IMG/VR virus record: IMGVR_UViG_3300035665_003403
Span: 1-64,000 of that record
Reading direction: 5' to 3' (one strand)
DNA length: 64,000 bases
From: a virus
The stretch's first letter is position 1; every line of letters begins with the position of its first letter. Positions 29,701-39,469 of this stretch are shown in pieces. The notes beneath the pieces were generated by a model. It had not been told where the DNA came from. It was given only the letters and a program-made list of their open reading frames with translations, and searched no databases. Both the position numbers and the translations under genes were made by a program.

Positions 29701-32352
29701 ATTTTCAGTTACAAAATCATAAACACCTTGTTTTAGTCTATTATTCACATCTAACTTATTTTCTAATTTTGCTGCCTCAAATCTAGTAACCCCTAAACCA
29801 TTATAGTAATATAAGTCATCAACACTATCGTTAGTATTACCACCATTAGCATAAAATACAGAAAATAATAAAATGTTATCTGGTTTATAATTATCATTAT
29901 CAAAATCCAATTTATCAAAAGTTTGGATTCCATTTGAAAATTTATTAGTTTTAAAATTAAGTGTTTTAAGGTCTGATTCTTTTAGTTGTGGTATATCACC
30001 AATAATAGCTGATTCTTCACTACTTAATGTTGGTAAATTTATTCCGTACTTTGATTTATAAGTCTCATCATCAACTATCTTGACATAGTAAGTTCCATTA
30101 TTAATTTTAATACCTGTATTTGATGTGTAATTACTAATGCCAATAAAATTTTTATTAGTGTTTTCAACGATTAATCCAGGATTTAATTTTAATTTATTTG
30201 TATTATTTTCTAATAATATATCACCGTATATTTTTGATTTTGAACTTACACTTAATGGTATTATACTTAAACCATCATCTCTTGTAAAATAATCATATTC
30301 ATATGAATCTACATTTGTTTTTAATAAAGTTGATGGTTCTACACCACCAAATACAGCAATATTTGTTGTTAAGTCATTAATTAACCTTGGTAACCTTTGA
30401 TTTATTGCTCTTTTGATTTTATCATCTGAAATATTGTAAAATAAATTCTTAGCCTCTAATGTTGCCATTAGTTCAATATCTTGTTCGGTTATTTTATTAA
30501 AATATGTTACACCTAAAAATACCATCATTCTATTGATTACTAATTGTTCAAATAAAAAAGATGTTGTATAATCTGTTGTTAATCGTGAGTATGGATTTTC
30601 TGTTAAAAATAATTGATTATCAAATGGACTAACTGAATACCATGATGAATCAACATTTTCTATTTTCTGAGATGATGCCTTTTCATTTTCATAACTTTTA
30701 ATCATTGCTTCCAAAAATTCATTAACAAAACTAACCTCATCTACATTTGAATTTACTGAGTCAATAATACCATCTTGACTCCCTAACCAAGCCTCTGTTA
30801 TTTTATCTCCATTTTTTTTATTGAATTGAGGCCAAGGTAAAATGGTATCAACACCTTCTATTTTTCCATTTTGGGTGATTAATTTATTTAGCTCAGCGTT
30901 TCTTGATTGATTTGATTCAGCATTATATGATACTTTCCATAGACACCATAAAAAAACTTCTATTTGTGTTGTAAATATATTAACTATATTCCTGATATTT
31001 GGTTCTAATTCAGCATTTGAATTACTAATAGTTTTTGATACTTCTTTAATCGTCTTATTAGCAACGTTTTGTACCAAATTATTTTGGGATTCATTTATTC
31101 TTAAGGTGTATTTTTCAATTGCTCTTAAGGTATCTGATAAAAAATATATTTTATCTGTTGTGTTAATTTTAATTGGATTTAATGGTGCAGGTAAATAATT
31201 AATCCTTAATTTAGGGTTTTCAGGTACTTGATTTGGTTGAAATCCTGTTGATGTAGGATTTGTTCCTGGATTTGTTATAATTCTGTAAATATTTGTAAAA
31301 TCATCAACATTCAGTTTAATACTTGATGTTTTTGATGTGTTACTATCATTAACTAATACTTTTAAAGATTCTATTAAATTAACTAATAAATCACTATTTT
31401 TTTTAATTTTTTCTGAGTCTGGATTATTTACTATAATTAAACCTTTATCGTTACTTCCAGAACCTTCTATTATGTCATTAATTGTGTTATCAACCAATAG
31501 TTTCATTTTTGTTAGATTTGCGTTGATATTTGTATTATCATTTAATTCTTTGAACTCTGGGTCTGAATTTGTTAATGCAATAACATATTTGTTTACATCA
31601 CCAATTTTATTTGTTAATTCATCAATTGTAATTAATGAAGGATAATTTCTATCAGCTTTCAAAGCTTCAAATTTTTCTTTCCCTAAAGATGTATTAGTGA
31701 TTGCTCTAATATATCCCATAAGCATATCGGATAGCAATGCATAGGTGTAACCAATGAATTGTGTTTTTATTTCGAAATTACCATTATTTGAATTAAACGT
31801 GCTATCGAATTTTATTAAATGAAGACAATAACTAACTGGCTTACCGTAATAACCTTTTATTGTTAAATTAAAAATAGGATAAGGTAATTCAAAAAATATA
31901 TTATATGGTGAATTATCTGGGTCTTGAAACAACGCATTACCCCTAACATCAATAAAATCAATTGAAATAACTGGAGCCATTGATGAATTAAATGAAATGT
32001 TTATATTTGAAATACCTAAATTTTCATTACCAGATTCATTTAATAATGATAAATCAGTATAAGCTGTAGTTAAACTTTTAACACCATTGATATCCGTTCC
32101 TTCAATGAAATTTATATCACCGATTAACCCTGAAGTTGTTTCACTTCTACCTTGTAGTGTTAAAACACTTCTATTTTTTTTTCTAGCTGTAAGTGAAACA
32201 GATATTGATAAATCTTCTTGTGGGACTGAAAAATTATTGTTAGCATCTGATTTAAAATCACCATCAGGTGTTTTGTAAAATAGATTTGGGTCAATTATCC
32301 TTGTATTTCCATTGACGCAACCGCAGTCACTTAATTTTGTTGTATTATTCAC
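26728..32352 (-). CDS. Large baseplate hub-like protein with C-terminal LAS (M15/M74-like) zinc peptidase
   Basis: 1874 aa; N-terminal PVISIDFIDVRG...FFELPYPIFNLTIKGYYG and late ASVEMLGNAMIQPMMYF...GAYLINKVTHSI...TQFTGVR (gp27/gpD-like hub); C-terminal HQTGCEAD (H-x6-D) and HDSHIH. Confidence 0.7.
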   Translation of the reverse strand: MNNTTKLSDCGCVNGNTRIIDPNLFYKTPDGDFKSDANNNFSVPQEDLSISVSLTARKKNRSVLTLQGRSETTSGLIGDINFIEGTDINGVKSLTTAYTDLSLLNESGNENLGISNINISFNSSMAPVISIDFIDVRGNALFQDPDNSPYNIFFELPYPIFNLTIKGYYGKPVSYCLHLIKFDSTFNSNNGNFEIKTQFIGYTYALLSDMLMGYIRAITNTSLGKEKFEALKADRNYPSLITIDELTNKIGDVNKYVIALTNSDPEFKELNDNTNINANLTKMKLLVDNTINDIIEGSGSNDKGLIIVNNPDSEKIKKNSDLLVNLIESLKVLVNDSNTSKTSSIKLNVDDFTNIYRIITNPGTNPTSTGFQPNQVPENPKLRINYLPAPLNPIKINTTDKIYFLSDTLRAIEKYTLRINESQNNLVQNVANKTIKEVSKTISNSNAELEPNIRNIVNIFTTQIEVFLWCLWKVSYNAESNQSRNAELNKLITQNGKIEGVDTILPWPQFNKKNGDKITEAWLGSQDGIIDSVNSNVDEVSFVNEFLEAMIKSYENEKASSQKIENVDSSWYSVSPFDNQLFLTENPYSRLTTDYTTSFLFEQLVINRMMVFLGVTYFNKITEQDIELMATLEAKNLFYNISDDKIKRAINQRLPRLINDLTTNIAVFGGVEPSTLLKTNVDSYEYDYFTRDDGLSIIPLSVSSKSKIYGDILLENNTNKLKLNPGLIVENTNKNFIGISNYTSNTGIKINNGTYYVKIVDDETYKSKYGINLPTLSSEESAIIGDIPQLKESDLKTLNFKTNKFSNGIQTFDKLDFDNDNYKPDNILLFSVFYANGGNTNDSVDDLYYYNGLGVTRFEAAKLENKLDVNNRLKQGVYDFVTENFFVSDWAYTYKSSNYKTRGSLSQTRKHLTTQASSYPYISFEVGTSDDKDDTACISLFGSSLYYNQTSKEAKSFLFLHTIPFNGMIERHANNVGLFSQPEIKNIFLNGGALINAPKLWAAFVGGLLWRKFSGSEFVGQKTSAVDPINFKFKNTPLIKGGIPATNQYLRKYFSNSPMSFIEGGDYVNLDDELMNLPTQVVNEFILQFLDFVKYDFDNISKDLEIIDGDANKLITKHALLISLVTQGQTNILKKPIDASSTILPTYPKVKDDKTFYWQLNHGDVINNLINTDKYSTISPLYGLGKNGQYSRRAYNLHLQAPDDQLYNYIGNNGFFLEIKDDSNVVISIKTLLNKTVWIANSTSDIWYAPITNGDIYKPISAKIDYVNKYLNKFTQTYQSLYTESTSVVNQNEKRNNIFGTSDLGIIKLNIYRHFKAIYDKWIAGSESGDDIVFQCGTPESKELIKNFRFINRSFTDIGNDFLLNPLIFKDILFKNENVSFADTLSRLLTANNFDFIPLPSFINFRDEEEMVNVFKPYPFNEIVDDVVSGPSFVCMYIGQTSNKLDLTGSNFSNDGFNFDCDKPEGIPSDFINETNGGDPISVFKVGFGRQNQNIFKNINLSQTEFTETEESLRIQDDISKNGMQTSQTLVGQNLFNVYQTRAYKASVEMLGNAMIQPMMYFQLDNIPMFRGAYLINKVTHSIKPNHMTTQFTGVRLRAVETPLIDKKKLYMSWLAALTNNPDLLNLNFDSTNNETEGGHGTKSSCNITLEQPIGAELDLFKLEDSRKASPYVNYSPKSDALRFKLGLNEKWMIEKNGKLLEAIANQWRLTATNTSYIDYITITSLSNFEGKTRPVYGGHQTGCEADIRPITNDGSDNPTSYGNPNYSFEGTKTLIQTIIDTSLTFSTGAIGRIWFNDPEIIKTFKDYKGKKWVNCLEGHDSHIHIQFNVPESVRDSIANGNSVAPIPNTNQGSVGPVAKIPNNTTKGLGAIDI

Positions 32353-32665
32353 CGTATAAATTTTTGTATGTTGTCACAGCATCAGCGTATCTCTTTAACC
32401 CACTATCGAATGGAAATGGTATTATTAATTTAGCACTGTTTGGTATATTAAACTCCAAGCCACCGAATTGTGGGTTTGCTGCTAATATTAACCAACCATG
32501 ATATGGGTTATTATAATATTCATCACTTACTTTGTCAAGTCTTGTTTGTCCTTTTTTAAAAATAAATGTTTTATCACCGTTTTCATATGGTATTGGTATA
32601 AAAGGAATCATGCTTACCTTATTATTTGACCTAAAATTGGTATATCTATCGTAAAATACTATCAT
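32345..32665 (-). CDS. LysM / tail X-like baseplate protein
   Basis: 106 aa; TRLDKVSDEYYNNPYHGWLILAANP...LIIPFP. Confidence 0.8.
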   Translation of the reverse strand: MIVFYDRYTNFRSNNKVSMIPFIPIPYENGDKTFIFKKGQTRLDKVSDEYYNNPYHGWLILAANPQFGGLEFNIPNSAKLIIPFPFDSGLKRYADAVTTYKNLYGE

Positions 32666-32667
32666 TG

Positions 32668-35600
32668 TTATTTACTTAAGGTTATATTAGCTGATTGAAT
32701 TAGTAGATTACCCTTAATTAGTTTTAATGTATAATTACCGTTTGGAAAACGAGGAAACCTAGGAATAAGTATTTTATAAGAATAATTTGTTGTAGTTACA
32801 TATTCAACCATTTGTTCATTAAATAATGAACTATCAGTTAAACTAACAATTTGAAATTTACTATCTGATATTAATTTATTTATTTCATCTTGTGTTGGTA
32901 CCTTTGAAAATTTTAATGTTACCACTATAGTCCAAAATCCAAAATAATACTCAATATTTGTATCAATAATTGGATTAAACCCAACAATATTAGGTTCATC
33001 AATGGCTCCAGTTACTTCAATTGAATTACTGCTATTATTTGCTGTGGCAGTTTGGTTGATGTTACTAGTAACTGGATTAATAGGATTGAATTGAGATGTT
33101 GTTGCTTCAAATGTTTCGGCCTCCAAAGTTTCACCATTTACAAACTCATATGGTTTCTCTATACTATTAGCTTTAACTATTGTGTCACTTCTTCTATCAT
33201 AAACTTGTGTGTTAGCAAAAAAATTAAATGATAAAGCATTTTGTAATTTATTTATTGGGCCTTGTAACGATGAACCACCAATAAATTTAAAAGCAATATT
33301 TACATTAGCTATCATTGGTTGAACACCAATACCCTCTGGGTTTAAATCCCAAACTAACGGTTCATATGTTATTCCTAAATTATCAATCATTATTTTTGTG
33401 TTATAAAAATCACCAATTCTTAAAATACAAACTGGCGGTCTACCAAAAGCTAAATTATTTATACTGTTATTCTTACCAATATTTGTTTGACCTTGCCTAG
33501 TACATTGTAATAAAAAATTAAGTCTAGCATTAAATCCTTCTGGTGTTGTTGAATGAAAAGCTGGATGAAAATATTTTATTTTATTTTTTATTTCACTGTA
33601 AACAATTGGGTCTTCTAATTTTAATTTCTCAAAAAAATTACTTTCGTTATAAAATCTCTTTCTAATACCACTAGATACTGTTGTTGTATTAATACCTTTA
33701 ACCAAAACATCTGGTTGAGTTGCTTCTGTTGTAAGTTCATTATCAATTTCAAACTCAACCTTAACAAATCTACCTTTCTTAGCTTTATCAGATGATACAG
33801 GTGTGTTTTCATCACCAGAATCAAGTGTTACTCCACCATTAACAGTTGTATATCTAGTACTATCAGATAGTACATTATTAATTAACCAATTATAAACCGT
33901 ATTTGTTCTATTTTGCGCTAATGTTTCATTATTAGGTGTTGCGCCACCACCTTGTGAACTAGCATAACCAGTTATCTTTATTTTACAAGTTTTACATTTA
34001 TTAGCAATATAATCCCTCATAGCCGATAATAAACTACTATCATTCATTCCAGAATATATTGTTGAACTACCTGGTAATTGATATTGTTGTTTATTTAATC
34101 CAAAATTTGTATTATCTGGCCATGAATTACCAAACTCACCAGCAATCTGAGAATCTATTGGTGAACTTAAACCACAGCCCTCACCTGTTAATACAACCTC
34201 ACTACCATCACACATACCATCCTCATAAAATCCACTTCCACTTTTCTTTTTAGTAAAAATCTCATTTGATATGTCATTTGGAAAATAAATCTTGAAAGGT
34301 TTTGGTGGTTCTTCATTGTTGGTTACTTTTTGTTGAATTTGTGTTGTTTCTCTACTGTTAACAATGCTTTTTTCATTTGTTGTTAATTTATTAGCTAACG
34401 TTGGGTCTAATGGTAAACAACCAGCAAAAAATGAAGCCATTTCGTCATTTGAATAATCGGACAAAGCATTAACATAAGATGGGTGGTCAATTATTATCTT
34501 AAAAGCCAAATTACCCATTCTTTCAGTATTATTATAAGTGTAAACTGGTTCACCTCTACCTATAAATGGTGTGGTTTCTAAGTTTACATTACTATTCTCT
34601 GAAAATTCAATATTATAGGGTGGAAACCACATAATTTTACCAAATACACCAGTTAATAAATCACCTGGACCAGTTTCTTCTGGGGTCATGTCTTTACTTC
34701 CAGCCCATGCTAGATTTTCAATAGATAACATATAATTCTTTGCTATATCATTTCTTAATCCATTTTTATTACTAGCTTCATCTGATAAATTTTCAAAATC
34801 TGACTTATAAGGGCTAACCTTAACAAAACCATTATCATCTAATACTGAATTTTGCATATTATACCTAAAATTATTACCCATTCCATCCAAACCTCTATGA
34901 CGAATTAATTTATTAACCGTATCATATTTATCCAATGAAGTCCATGACCTACAATATGTTTCATCAGCTGATAACCCATTTGATTGTTGAAGGGCTTTAG
35001 ATGTTAATACACCACTACCCTTAGATATACCTTCACCAGATGGTGTTGTTAACTGTGATTTTATTACGGGATATTTATCACCTTTAGATGATACAATGGT
35101 TTTCATACCAATATCCTTAAATAATTTTTGAGTCTTACCTAAAAGACTATATTTGTCTTTAATTGATGCCTCAATAATACCAGGAACTGAATTTGTTAAA
35201 CCACCTTCATTTGCTCCCCATGTGAATTTAGATGGGTATGTTGATGCATCATATGTTACATCTGGTAAATCATCAAACCCATATTGTTTAATCATTTCCT
35301 CTCTATTCCAACTTAATTCTGGTATAATACTATTAGAGTTATAAGCTAACACATTTATTAATCCATTTGCATCACCAAAAGCATATGTAATTGGTGTAAA
35401 TGTTTGATTACCTCTGTTATCTGTGTAACCTGGAACATAGCCACTTCTAAATGGACTTAAATCTGGGTCATCAAACGATGTTGTACCGTTCAAATTAGCT
35501 TTCATATTGGTTAATAAGGCTAAAACCTGACCTTTACCAGTGTTTTTAATCATATTATTGGCTCTATCAATATTACCAATATTACCATTTTCACTAGCAA

Positions 35601-36609
35601 ATATAGACCCACTATCGTCTAATTTTGAATAGGGTAGTGTAAACCCTAATAATCTTTCAGTATAATCACCAACTCTTGATGATGGGTCACTACTTACAGT
35701 TATATTATAATTTGGTCTAAAACCTTCTAAGGTTCCATTACCTATTAAACTTAGTAAATTATCTGTTATATTCAAACTACCCAATGCAGTTTGTTGTACA
35801 TTAAAAGCTGCATTATTGGCTAAAGATAATGCTAATTGTTGTGCCCCAATCAAACCTAACTTAGTGTCATTAACAGCAGCACCAGAACCCAATACTCTAC
35901 CAGCTAGTGATGCTCTAAAATCAAAATTACTAACTAAACCAGCACTAGATAAACCCAAACCAGTACCATTTAATATACTACCAATTATGTTTGCAGCATT
36001 GATAGCCGATGAATCACCTCTATTTAAACCACCATATATATCTAAATATGAACCTAACTGTTGTTCAATATCACTTGGTATTAATGTAATTAAATCACCA
36101 GCATCAAACTCTTCTTGTTCTGAATTATATAAATTTTTAATTAATAAATCTTTCCTGAAATTACCATCCTTGGTTTTACCCATTAAACCATATTTTGAAA
36201 TATCAGTTGTTGAATTAAATGGGTAAGGTTCACCTACAGGTTGAGTTGAATCAGGAAATATGGGTACTTGAGGTACATTGGTTATTATTGTTAAATCAGT
36301 TGCATTTGAATCAGTATTTCTAAATTGATTTAATGCAGTTAAATTATTATAATTGATAATACCATCTACTTCTATTGGTGTATGTGAAACAATACTACCA
36401 TTACCAACCATTGTATCTAATACGGGTTCACCAATTCTTGGTTCACCATTAACTGAACTAATTAATGCAGTTAAACCATTGTTTATAATTGAAGGTGAAA
36501 TTATATTCTTAGTTAAGAGATAATCCCTGATACCATACGTTGTTGCAACACTAGTAATTGTATTTTTAGTGTTTGGTGTTGGTGAAGCAGTATTATAAAA
36601 AATTGGCAT
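32668..36609 (-). CDS. Baseplate / tube-initiator-like protein containing an OmpA-like domain
   Basis: 1313 aa; FPPYNIEFSE...FIGRGEPVYTYNNTER and PPVCILRIGDFYNTKIMIDNLGITY...QPMIANVNIAFKFIGG (tube-fold segments) flank IYFPND...IKITGYASS...NETLAQNR...RFVKV (OmpA-like). Confidence 0.65.
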   Translation of the reverse strand: MPIFYNTASPTPNTKNTITSVATTYGIRDYLLTKNIISPSIINNGLTALISSVNGEPRIGEPVLDTMVGNGSIVSHTPIEVDGIINYNNLTALNQFRNTDSNATDLTIITNVPQVPIFPDSTQPVGEPYPFNSTTDISKYGLMGKTKDGNFRKDLLIKNLYNSEQEEFDAGDLITLIPSDIEQQLGSYLDIYGGLNRGDSSAINAANIIGSILNGTGLGLSSAGLVSNFDFRASLAGRVLGSGAAVNDTKLGLIGAQQLALSLANNAAFNVQQTALGSLNITDNLLSLIGNGTLEGFRPNYNITVSSDPSSRVGDYTERLLGFTLPYSKLDDSGSIFASENGNIGNIDRANNMIKNTGKGQVLALLTNMKANLNGTTSFDDPDLSPFRSGYVPGYTDNRGNQTFTPITYAFGDANGLINVLAYNSNSIIPELSWNREEMIKQYGFDDLPDVTYDASTYPSKFTWGANEGGLTNSVPGIIEASIKDKYSLLGKTQKLFKDIGMKTIVSSKGDKYPVIKSQLTTPSGEGISKGSGVLTSKALQQSNGLSADETYCRSWTSLDKYDTVNKLIRHRGLDGMGNNFRYNMQNSVLDDNGFVKVSPYKSDFENLSDEASNKNGLRNDIAKNYMLSIENLAWAGSKDMTPEETGPGDLLTGVFGKIMWFPPYNIEFSENSNVNLETTPFIGRGEPVYTYNNTERMGNLAFKIIIDHPSYVNALSDYSNDEMASFFAGCLPLDPTLANKLTTNEKSIVNSRETTQIQQKVTNNEEPPKPFKIYFPNDISNEIFTKKKSGSGFYEDGMCDGSEVVLTGEGCGLSSPIDSQIAGEFGNSWPDNTNFGLNKQQYQLPGSSTIYSGMNDSSLLSAMRDYIANKCKTCKIKITGYASSQGGGATPNNETLAQNRTNTVYNWLINNVLSDSTRYTTVNGGVTLDSGDENTPVSSDKAKKGRFVKVEFEIDNELTTEATQPDVLVKGINTTTVSSGIRKRFYNESNFFEKLKLEDPIVYSEIKNKIKYFHPAFHSTTPEGFNARLNFLLQCTRQGQTNIGKNNSINNLAFGRPPVCILRIGDFYNTKIMIDNLGITYEPLVWDLNPEGIGVQPMIANVNIAFKFIGGSSLQGPINKLQNALSFNFFANTQVYDRRSDTIVKANSIEKPYEFVNGETLEAETFEATTSQFNPINPVTSNINQTATANNSSNSIEVTGAIDEPNIVGFNPIIDTNIEYYFGFWTIVVTLKFSKVPTQDEINKLISDSKFQIVSLTDSSLFNEQMVEYVTTTNYSYKILIPRFPRFPNGNYTLKLIKGNLLIQSANITLSK

Positions 36610-36711
36610 AATCCTTATTGTTTATTTATAAATACAATATGTTTTGAAATGTAAGGATTAAAATTGAAATTAAGTTGCTTGTTCACAATTGAACACAACT
36701 CCCCCTAATTA

Positions 36712-36731
36712 TATAGTATAATTATACTATA
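36712..36731. repeat. Perfect 20-bp palindrome TATAGTATAATTATACTATA
   Basis: Read directly; each arm matches the unit of the nearby 12-bp tandem array. Confidence 0.85.
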
Positions 36732-36854
36732 ATTAAAATGTTTAATAAAAAATGAATTAATAATGAAAAAATTAGTAAATTTATAAATCATTTTTAATTC
36801 ATGTTAAATTAAAAATGAAATTAAAAACATATTTAATAAAAATATTTAATTAAA

Positions 36855-36920
36855 AGTATAATATATAGTATAATATATAGTATAATATATAGTATAATAT
36901 ATAGTATAATATATAGTATA
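36855..36920. repeat. Tandem array, 5.5 x AGTATAATATAT
   Basis: Exact 12-bp units in the largest non-coding gap of the window (36610-37018). Confidence 0.92.
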
Positions 36921-37018
36921 GAAATACAATTGTAATTTTTTTTTCTGAATAAGTCAATAGCTAGAAACGTTAAATATTTGTTAATATTTTTAACTAATTG
37001 ATTATCAATATGAATATT

Positions 37019-39469
37019 TTAATATGGATTAGGTGATAATTTACCTAAATTTAAATTTTTGCTTACTTGTTGTGAAATTAACCTTGTCATTTCTGAAATG
37101 AAATTTTGGTCTTTTGTTAAATCTAAATTATTTATTCTACCGTTAGGTGTATTTAAATTGATAGTACCAGCAAATTCAATTTTGATTGGTTCAATAGTGT
37201 ATTTAACATTATTTTTATTCTTTCCTTTCAATGATTTATCAATAAAACCACTATTTTTCATAGCTAATAAATCATCTTTGTTATCAATAGGATTTATCCT
37301 ACCATCTTGTATAATTGCTCTACCTTTACTAAAATTATTACTCAATGGTGATTTGATAACACCATCATGCATTGGGGTACCCATATAATCACCAATCATC
37401 TTACCCCCAGCTGAACCCAATCCACTTCCAACCATAGCACCCATTGGTCCACCAACCAATGCACCAATAACCCCACCAGCAATTGTACCGATAAGCGAAC
37501 CCATATCTCCACTTGAATTATTTGTGGTATTTACACCAATACTTTTCATAGCTTCAGTACCTAAATTACCAAGACCAAACCCAACCGCACCACCAATTGC
37601 AGTAGCACCAATACCTTTTAATAACATTTTACCAATACCAGCAAGTCCAGTACTCATCATACCTTGAAAGGTTTTTAAAAATGAACCACCAGCAGCACCA
37701 GCATTGAATCCCTTGGCTAAGATGAAACCATTCATCAACCATTGTGCTTTATCAAACAAGAATTCACCAGCTTTCAATAATCCGTACATAATTCCAGTTT
37801 TTATTGGATTATCAAGTATGAAACCACCTACAGTTGTAACTACTTTTCCAACTAAACTAGCAAATTCACCTATTTTATCAATCCATTTTTCATTTCTAAT
37901 TCTTTCTACTAAATCTTTAACTTTAGGCATCAAGTCTCTATTTAACCCTTCAATCAAAGGTAACATTGCCGTCTTAAATAGCGTTATAGTGTTGTTTAAG
38001 GCATCATCGAAGGTTTGGTTAGACTTTGCCATCTCTTCTAAGTTTGCTTTCTCTTCAGCTAATATTTTTAATTGAGCTATATCTTGGTTAGATAGTTCAG
38101 ATACCAATTTCTTGATTACTTTTCCATCTTTCATTGAAAATGCTATTTCAGCTTTTCCATTTTTACCAATAGTTGCTGTATTTTCAATAAATTCTTTTAC
38201 ATCATCCTTTACAGATAGTTTTATTTGTGAATCAATGTTAGCGAACTTAGCCGCATTCTTAGCTGATTTAACCAAATCCTCAAATGCAACACCAGTTTGT
38301 TCAGCAACATTCCTTAATATCTGCATATTCAATGAACTAATATCAAACTCACCAGTTTCCTTATTCAACTTAGCAGTACCCTTAGTAGCATTAACAACAC
38401 TCTTCAATAAACCATCCATATCATTCCTTGCCATATACATCAATTTGAATGGGTCACCCAATTTAGACCATTCCCCACCCAATACCTGTAATTGAGCCGA
38501 CATATCAATAGCACCTTCAATATTGAATAATTTATCAGCCATACCACTAACAGTATCCATTTGAATACCCATCTTGGTTACAGTTGAAGCCATCTCAGCT
38601 AAACCCTTGGTTCCATTCTTGAAGTTATACTTGTTAATAAGCTTAAACCCTGATTGTATGTTTTTGACCGTTTTTGATGCGTTTAAGCCTAGTTTGTGTG
38701 TTTTATCTAACGATTCCTCAACGAAGTCCCTAACACGCTCTGTAGCGAAGCCTATTGTCTCCATTTCAGAAGCCATCTCAGCAGCACCTTCAGCACCCAA
38801 GATAGTCCCTTTGGCTAATTGAGCCATTGCTTTATGAGATTGTTCAGTAAAAACAACGTTTCTACCCAAAGAATCCGAATAAGAAGCTTGCATCTTAGCC
38901 AAATCCTCAACCCCAACACCATAATCTAATGTAGAATATTCAGCAGCTTTTATAATAGCATCTCTAAACCCATTTGTTTGTCTAACCAACACACCCATTT
39001 CAAGGGCTGCGTTTTTCATAGATTTATCCATTTCGAATAAACCACTAGATTTTATTTGACCATAACTACTTTTGATTAACCCAGGCAAAGCAGCAAATCC
39101 TTTTACCAAGTTGACACCCAACTGAGCTATAACAATCCTACCCTTGTTTACAGACTTAACAGCATCACCAATCAAATCACGTTGAAGTTCTAATTGTTTT
39201 GTTTGTTTTTTTAACTCATTTAGTTTTGCGTTTTCATTATCAATATCATCTTGAGTTATATTATTTTGACCAACTATCATGGCTGATATGTCAGCCACCA
39301 TTTTCTTTTCAATTTCGGTCAAACGATTTATTTCCTCGTTTGTTTTTTTTAAATCTTTGATAGCATCAACGTAAGACTTAGCACTAGAACCAATCTGTGC
39401 TTGTAACTCTGCCATTTTTTTTAATTCTCTGACAGCTTCTTTTATTTCTTTTGGTGTTAATGCAGCCAT
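37019..39469 (-). CDS. Tape measure protein
   Basis: 816 aa, helical, A/K/L/M-rich, DMSAQLQVLGG, C-terminal glycine-zipper hydrophobic segments; lies between tube/chaperone genes and baseplate hub genes. Confidence 0.8.
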   Translation of the reverse strand: MAALTPKEIKEAVRELKKMAELQAQIGSSAKSYVDAIKDLKKTNEEINRLTEIEKKMVADISAMIVGQNNITQDDIDNENAKLNELKKQTKQLELQRDLIGDAVKSVNKGRIVIAQLGVNLVKGFAALPGLIKSSYGQIKSSGLFEMDKSMKNAALEMGVLVRQTNGFRDAIIKAAEYSTLDYGVGVEDLAKMQASYSDSLGRNVVFTEQSHKAMAQLAKGTILGAEGAAEMASEMETIGFATERVRDFVEESLDKTHKLGLNASKTVKNIQSGFKLINKYNFKNGTKGLAEMASTVTKMGIQMDTVSGMADKLFNIEGAIDMSAQLQVLGGEWSKLGDPFKLMYMARNDMDGLLKSVVNATKGTAKLNKETGEFDISSLNMQILRNVAEQTGVAFEDLVKSAKNAAKFANIDSQIKLSVKDDVKEFIENTATIGKNGKAEIAFSMKDGKVIKKLVSELSNQDIAQLKILAEEKANLEEMAKSNQTFDDALNNTITLFKTAMLPLIEGLNRDLMPKVKDLVERIRNEKWIDKIGEFASLVGKVVTTVGGFILDNPIKTGIMYGLLKAGEFLFDKAQWLMNGFILAKGFNAGAAGGSFLKTFQGMMSTGLAGIGKMLLKGIGATAIGGAVGFGLGNLGTEAMKSIGVNTTNNSSGDMGSLIGTIAGGVIGALVGGPMGAMVGSGLGSAGGKMIGDYMGTPMHDGVIKSPLSNNFSKGRAIIQDGRINPIDNKDDLLAMKNSGFIDKSLKGKNKNNVKYTIEPIKIEFAGTINLNTPNGRINNLDLTKDQNFISEMTRLISQQVSKNLNLGKLSPNPY

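Noticed and set aside
36855-36920. CRISPR-like array
   Set aside because: The 12-bp units are directly abutting with no spacers, and no cas genes are present.
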